Assembly: GCA_965226195.1 (NCBI GenBank) | Contig: OZ245333.1 | Location: 1,313,759-1,377,758 of the forward strand | Source of the DNA: Oligoflexales bacterium | GTDB taxonomy: Bacteria; Bdellovibrionota_B; Oligoflexia; Oligoflexales; JAPPIL01 | Direction: 5' to 3' | DNA length: 64,000 bases | In this document: positions 59,242-64,000 of the stretch, in pieces | Numbering within the stretch: the first letter of the stretch is position 1 | How the letters are laid out: each line of letters opens with the position of its first letter | Made by a program: the position numbers and the translations under genes | Notes under the pieces: generated by a model | Seen by the model: the letters and a program-made list of their open reading frames with translations, nothing else | Databases searched by the model: none | What the model was told of the DNA's origin: nothing

Positions 59242-60078
59242 CTAGAGTGCTAAGGCATCCGTGTTGACTTTGAGTTTGTAGAACCGTGCCATTGCCACTA
59301 GTATGGCACGCAAGTTGCTCTCGTATTCCAAGTTAGTCACAGCGCGGAAATCAACCAAAGAAATGTCCCGCCAGTGTTGATGTGCGATTAGGTCAGTTGG
59401 GATGAGCTTAGCTTTAGAAATGCGACCCCTTGCTGTCCTCTTGGGATATTCTCGCCCCGCGTCATCACCGCTACGCTCTCTGCGTTCGTTACGCTTAGCG
59501 ATCTTTATCCCCCTGTTAACTGCACCAACTACTATGAGCGCACCAAAAACAATAAGGCCAGCAGTAGCAACAACACTAGTAACGTGTATCAAAGAGTCAA
59601 GACCAGAAGCGGGGGGAGTAGATACCTTGTCTGCACTGAGGAGATGCTTTTGATATAATACCCCTAAAAGAACAGATAGCCCCCCAATCATTGCATGAGA
59701 CGCAACTGAACTTCCCCTTTTTTCGCTGAGCGGCGACTGGCCAAACTCCCTAGCTGCAGGTGCTAAGTAAGACTCCAGATGTGTGACATCCTTACTTACT
59801 CCATCCAGCTTGTTGCCAACAAGATCAACCTCTTGGCCATCTTTAGTCAGCAGAGCACTGCGGCAGACGTTCTGGTCAGCAAACTCTGCGGCACTGTATG
59901 CTGGCAATTTCTTGCAAACCAGCAGACGATAGCGTTGATCTTCTGCTGTTGCACCGCCCCGCAAAGGCACGATGCCTAGCACGTGCTTGCTGTTGGCTAC
60001 CGCCGCGGTCTTTGCTACAGGATTTTGACCGCAAGCGCACATAGCTAAACAAATCAATAAATATAATAGTTTATGCAT
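59242..60078 (-). CDS. hypothetical lipoprotein/membrane protein, tandem paralog 2
   Basis: The ATG at 60078 gives MHKLLYLLICLAMCACGQ. The N-terminal 120 aa or so and the C-terminal 80 aa or so resemble paralog 1, and the middle is unrelated. Confidence 0.6.
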   Translation of the reverse strand: MHKLLYLLICLAMCACGQNPVAKTAAVANSKHVLGIVPLRGGATAEDQRYRLLVCKKLPAYSAAEFADQNVCRSALLTKDGQEVDLVGNKLDGVSKDVTHLESYLAPAAREFGQSPLSEKRGSSVASHAMIGGLSVLLGVLYQKHLLSADKVSTPPASGLDSLIHVTSVVATAGLIVFGALIVVGAVNRGIKIAKRNERRERSGDDAGREYPKRTARGRISKAKLIPTDLIAHQHWRDISLVDFRAVTNLEYESNLRAILVAMARFYKLKVNTDALAL

Positions 60079-60189
60079 GTATCTATCCTTAAAATAAAAA
60101 ATACCAATTATATTATATAATTTTAATAATAAAATTGCAATAGTAAAAATTATCAAAGATTAAAGTAATTTACAGATAAGCGATACAGT

Positions 60190-61305
60190 TCAGTGGAACT
60201 CCGCCGCGGGGCATTGCAGACCAGCTGAACAGGGTTTGAAGGTGAGTTTGGCAAAGCCGGGCACGTCGCCACGTGGTTTCAAGCTCATCCACATGCCCTT
60301 GAGCTTGAGAGCACGATCGAACATGATGTGGCCGAGCGTAAACTCCTTTTTGTGCTTCTCCGCAGTGGTGCGCATCTCATAGCGGAAGAAACTGTCTTTC
60401 TGCTTGCGGTCGTCGGGGAAGGTAGTGACGTTGAGGTGTTCCTTAACCCCGATGGAATAGAAGAATACCAACTGGTGCGGCTCGTAGGACTGCAGCAGTA
60501 CCCTTGCCAGCAGCAAGTGCGTCCACTTGAGTTGCACGAGCGCGTGTGCCAGCTGCATAAACTCGGTGTCTCCCCGTGCACTGGCATCAAAGGGTAACTC
60601 TTGCATGGCTGGCAGCGCGGGCGCAGTGCCTTGTTGTAACTCAAGCACGGCATGGTAGGTTGTGTTTATCAGCGCGAGCATGTTTTGCTCTAACAAACAC
60701 TTGCCGCGGCGTTTTTTGTGAGAAATTCTTTTTGTGCGCAGTTCGTTTTCTTTTTTATTAATTTCTGCCGTAACTTTATCACGTTCAAAAAACCTTTTCC
60801 CAGCAAATTTAATCTCAACCTGTGTGTCAAGATTGCTAAACGCATAAGCAGCACGCTTAGCGATGTGTAGCTTAGAAAAACCACGATAGCATGCCTCTAC
60901 CAGTTCAAGCAGTTCGGTTTCCCTTCCGCTGACTTCTTGCCCAAATTTTTGCAACTTACCTATCTGTCTGCTCCGCTCCAAAGCTAGCCAGCTAAGTCGC
61001 AGCGGCAGTGTCACTCCGTTATACTCCTTGTTGCTAGTGGTGTAGGTGCTGTCGGCATGGTAAAAACGCATAGGTTGATTTTCGAGATACTGCTGCCCTT
61101 TATCTGTCGGGGCAAGATAGCCAGCAATCATGATCTGCTGGCCTTGCTCGGCAGCTCGCACATGCATGTGGGCAATTGTTCCCTTTGCGGTGGCATTGAC
61201 AGACCAACTAAAAGTTTGAATCGTGGCAGTGCTAGTGTCCACCCGTGCCTTGAACTTTATCGTGCAACTGGCGAGTAAAATTAAAACAACAGGCATAATC
61301 TTCAT
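60190..61305 (-). CDS. hypothetical lipoprotein
   Basis: MKIMPVVLILLASC lipobox. No recognisable domain. Confidence 0.55.
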   Translation of the reverse strand: MKIMPVVLILLASCTIKFKARVDTSTATIQTFSWSVNATAKGTIAHMHVRAAEQGQQIMIAGYLAPTDKGQQYLENQPMRFYHADSTYTTSNKEYNGVTLPLRLSWLALERSRQIGKLQKFGQEVSGRETELLELVEACYRGFSKLHIAKRAAYAFSNLDTQVEIKFAGKRFFERDKVTAEINKKENELRTKRISHKKRRGKCLLEQNMLALINTTYHAVLELQQGTAPALPAMQELPFDASARGDTEFMQLAHALVQLKWTHLLLARVLLQSYEPHQLVFFYSIGVKEHLNVTTFPDDRKQKDSFFRYEMRTTAEKHKKEFTLGHIMFDRALKLKGMWMSLKPRGDVPGFAKLTFKPCSAGLQCPAAEFH

Positions 61306-61439
61306 TTTTTGTCCCCATTGACGCGGTGTTATACCCATCTCCAGCTAAAGTTAGTCACTATCTTCCTGCGTACGCGTGGTCGGTAGATGAGGTGCAAAAG
61401 CTTAGTGTCGCAGGTATAATAGTTAACAGGAGGTGATGT

Positions 61440-61955
61440 ATGCAGGACGGCTGGATTTCTATCAACGACTACGCTCGCAAGTTCAACGTCTCGGACATCA
61501 CTGTGCGCAGACGTATCAAACAGGGCAAAATACCCGCAGAACTGAAAAACGGCAAATACTACGTCAGAGCCGATTACCAAGATACGAGCACAGCTGCAGG
61601 GCAGAACGCCACTCCGCCACCGGGAGTTGTCTCCACCACCCGTCCCTCGTTCTCACTACCGCCACCGCCAACCAGCGTGTCCTACACGGCTACCGAGCCA
61701 CCCAAAGTCGTTGCGACAGAAATACCCATGCAGACTACCCCCCCTCCAGCGCAGCAGAGCAAAGAACTACTGGAGTTCTGCGATCGCTATCTCGCCGAGC
61801 TAAAGACTAGAGAACAGCATCTTGCCAAAAGACATGAGTCAGAGATAGCCCTGCTCGAAGCCAAGCTCGCCAAGAAGGACAGCGAAATCACCGCCCTAAA
61901 ACAACAAATCGAAGATCTGCAACTACTCGTTAAAATTCTCGAAAACAAAATTTAA
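61440..61955 (+). CDS. excisionase/MerR-like HTH protein with Pro-rich linker and C-terminal coiled coil
   Basis: ISINDYARKFNVSDITVRRRIKQGKIPAELKNGKYYV resembles the excisionase-family HTH. The C-terminus reads LEAKLAKKDSEITALKQQIEDLQLLVKILENK. Confidence 0.6.
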   Translation: MQDGWISINDYARKFNVSDITVRRRIKQGKIPAELKNGKYYVRADYQDTSTAAGQNATPPPGVVSTTRPSFSLPPPPTSVSYTATEPPKVVATEIPMQTTPPPAQQSKELLEFCDRYLAELKTREQHLAKRHESEIALLEAKLAKKDSEITALKQQIEDLQLLVKILENKI

Positions 61956-62177
61956 ACCAGTGAAAATTTACTGTGCCGTTCTGTATTTGCGATCCAATGC
62001 AGCACTGCTGCCAAAGACGTATTGAGTAGCTGAGCTTAAGATGCCGCAGCATTTATCCGTCAGTCTGTGTCAACCAAAAATATAGTTTTACTTAATACAA
62101 AAATTTGTCTATATTCCCTTCAAAAGTTCCGAGTGTAGGTCGGCTGCCGATCTGAGTGCTGTCGATGAGGAGGGGAG

Positions 62178-64000
62178 ATGCACGTGCGGGCAACGAGCTG
62201 TCTGGCTCTGCTGCTGTTCTGTGTTGCGCCGCTGCACGCGAGTGAGCGCGTCGATGCGTTGCTGGCACGCAGCGAAGCACGTCTTGGTGGTCTTGGTGGG
62301 CTTGATGCTGATCCTACCGAACTGCCCAAACCACCGTTTGGCGAAGCACTCGTCTCGCCGCTAAACATCGCCACCTTCCTCGCAGGCGTAGGTGTAGCCG
62401 AAGGTATCAACTCCCAACTGCTCAACGACCCGATGCGATTACAGGAATACTTCGTTTCACTCGGACAGCCGCTGACCTACATAGCCTTCATGATTTTCGA
62501 CATGTCCCGCTACACGATCAGCCGCAGCCTCTATCCGCTGACCTCCAACCCTTACACTATTCGCAGTCATCGTGATCTCAATTTCATCGACAAAACTGGT
62601 GGCTACATCGCCCTTGCGGGTGCATCGACCGTCTTGCACCTGCTGTTTGAAATTATCTACTCACCGCATTTCAAAAAACTACAAACCGCTTCCGATGCAA
62701 CCGCCTTCAAACACGATTTAAATAAGCTGCTGCGGGAAAATTTTCTTTCCACTGATCGCTGGATTGGCCGCGGCATCGGCACAACCACCCTGCTCGCCGC
62801 CGCCGTCAGTCAAGGCTATGTCGCGGGCTTGCGCATGCCCCTGCAAGAAAAAATTAAAAGCACCATCTATCGTGCCATTGCCAGCCGCCCGCTGGTCGCC
62901 GATGACTTGTTGCTGCAAACGTCTTATGACGGACACGGCCTCTATGTGGAAAACATTATCGCCAAAAAAAATGGGGCAATTAACCATGCCGACCTCACCA
63001 AATACCTACACCAGCCGATCAAACTGAAAAAAGTTACCATCATGCTGCCCCGCTTCAAACTGAAGGGCAAGTATCTCGCCTTCACTGGTGCAAGCGTCGG
63101 GATAATGCTGCACGTGCTCGATATGGCGCTGTTCATCGAATTCGATCACCTCTACACCGCCCTGATCGAACAACCGCTGTGGCAGTTTATCCATGCACAA
63201 CGCATCGCCAAACTGAACACCACCATCAAGGACATCTGTGCCAGCTTGCTGCGCTCGCAGGACTCTTTGCCGCTTTCTGCTTCGCGGGACTCTTTGCCGC
63301 TTTCTGCTTCGCGGGACTCTTTGCCGCTTTCTAGCTCCATGCCGCTTTCTGCTTCGCGGGACTCTTTGCCGCTTTCTAGCTCCATGCCGCTTTCTGCTTC
63401 GCGGGACTCTTTGCCGCTTTCTAGCTCCATGCCGCTTTCTGCTTCGCAGGACTCTTTGCCGCTTTCTAGCTCGCTGCGCTCGCAGGACTCTTTGCCGCTT
63501 TCTGCTTCGCGGGACTCTTTGCCGCTTTCTAGCTCCATGCCGCTTTCTGCTTCGCGGGACTCTTTGCCGCTTTCTAGCTCCATGCCGCTTTCTGCTTCGC
63601 AGGACTCTTTGCCGCTTTCTAGCTCCACGCCCGACCTGCAAAAGCTGCGTTCCCATCTCGACCAGCTGTCACAAAGCTGGTTCGATTACCGCATGCTGTT
63701 CATTCTCAAACTGCTGATGTCCTTGCGTAGCTGGCACGATGAACTAATGCACCAAGATCGCCGCTTCTACCAACGCCTGTCCTTCTATCGCTGGCTGCTT
63801 AAAGGTGGTGACTATCACGACGCACAGTTTCTCTACAACAATCACAACTGGCACGCTGCGCCGCACCGCGCAGAGTTTCAACGCACCAAAACCAAAATGA
63901 TCAAAGACATGTTCTATGGCTTTCGCCAACTCGATTTTTTCAACTACAGTTTCTTCGGCAAAACTATTGCCCACCAGCACTTCCCCGCCATTATTCCGCC
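62178..64000 (+). CDS. secreted protein with a Ser/Leu/Pro tandem-repeat region (3' end beyond the window)
   Basis: Translated by hand: ATG 62178, signal MHVRATSCLALLLFCVAPLHA, and no stop up to position 64000 (more than 607 codons). It is missing from the ORF track, presumably because it has no stop in the window. Confidence 0.6.
   Translation, partial: MHVRATSCLALLLFCVAPLHASERVDALLARSEARLGGLGGLDADPTELPKPPFGEALVSPLNIATFLAGVGVAEGINSQLLNDPMRLQEYFVSLGQPLTYIAFMIFDMSRYTISRSLYPLTSNPYTIRSHRDLNFIDKTGGYIALAGASTVLHLLFEIIYSPHFKKLQTASDATAFKHDLNKLLRENFLSTDRWIGRGIGTTTLLAAAVSQGYVAGLRMPLQEKIKSTIYRAIASRPLVADDLLLQTSYDGHGLYVENIIAKKNGAINHADLTKYLHQPIKLKKVTIMLPRFKLKGKYLAFTGASVGIMLHVLDMALFIEFDHLYTALIEQPLWQFIHAQRIAKLNTTIKDICASLLRSQDSLPLSASRDSLPLSASRDSLPLSSSMPLSASRDSLPLSSSMPLSASRDSLPLSSSMPLSASQDSLPLSSSLRSQDSLPLSASRDSLPLSSSMPLSASRDSLPLSSSMPLSASQDSLPLSSSTPDLQKLRSHLDQLSQSWFDYRMLFILKLLMSLRSWHDELMHQDRRFYQRLSFYRWLLKGGDYHDAQFLYNNHNWHAAPHRAEFQRTKTKMIKDMFYGFRQLDFFNYSFFGKTIAHQHFPAIIP
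63261..63626. repeat. tandem array of 27-, 36- and 45-bp units built on the dispersed core motif
   Basis: There are 10 units. GACTCTTTGCCGCTTTCTGCTTCGCGG encodes DSLPLSASR. GACTCTTTGCCGCTTTCTAGCTCCATGCCGCTTTCTGCTTCGCGG encodes DSLPLSSSMPLSASR. All unit lengths are multiples of 3. Confidence 0.92.

Noticed and set aside
63261-63626. Regular direct repeats that could be mistaken for a CRISPR array
   Set aside because: The units abut each other with no unique spacers. Their lengths are 27, 36 or 45 bp, all multiples of 3. They sit inside a long ORF, and there are no cas genes.
63006-63717. Track ORFs 63006-63656(-), 63152-63628(-) and 63238-63717(+) with striking repetitive proteins (RKRQRV..., MELESGKES..., LCRFLAP...)
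   Set aside because: These are alternative frames of the same tandem repeat. None extends beyond the repeat, whereas the frame-0 plus-strand ORF runs more than 1.8 kb from a signal peptide at 62178.

Overview
This is a 64-kb chromosomal window, about 50% GC by eye, from a Gram-negative bacterium (an LptF/G permease and many lipobox lipoproteins are present). About 35 housekeeping genes are confidently recognisable: infB (partial), rbfA, eno, mnmG, leucine dehydrogenase, an ABC ATPase, trxA, rnhB, yraN, aroC, proS, ligA, topA, purA, purL, rpmG, ftsB, acetoacetyl-CoA synthetase, tkt, miaA, lon and a NifS-like desulfurase. Between them lie lineage-specific secreted, lipoprotein and ankyrin-repeat genes, and at least seven pseudogenes or gene relics. 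That mix suggests a host-associated genome undergoing decay, which is an inference. I found no rRNA, tRNA, CRISPR array, transposase, integrase or phage gene, and no recognisable defence or secretion operon. The most unusual content is in the repeats. (1) A 22-nt core motif, GGAGCTAGAAAGCGGCAAAGAG, is scattered on both strands in composite intergenic elements. It also lies in frame inside genes: the topA C-terminus, and a roughly 370-bp tandem array in an ORF at 62178 that runs off the window and is missing from the supplied ORF track. (2) A 400-480 bp MITE with about 16-nt terminal inverted repeats is present in two full copies, one of them nested inside another inverted-repeat-bounded element. 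(3) Three housekeeping genes are followed or preceded by decayed duplicates of their own ends: the mnmG 5' end (twice), the acetoacetyl-CoA synthetase 3' end and the nifS-like 3' end. These duplicates bracket accessory genes, as if insertions or duplications had repeatedly restored the gene end. I could not assign any of this to a described system. All homology calls come from reading motifs by eye, not from database searches.
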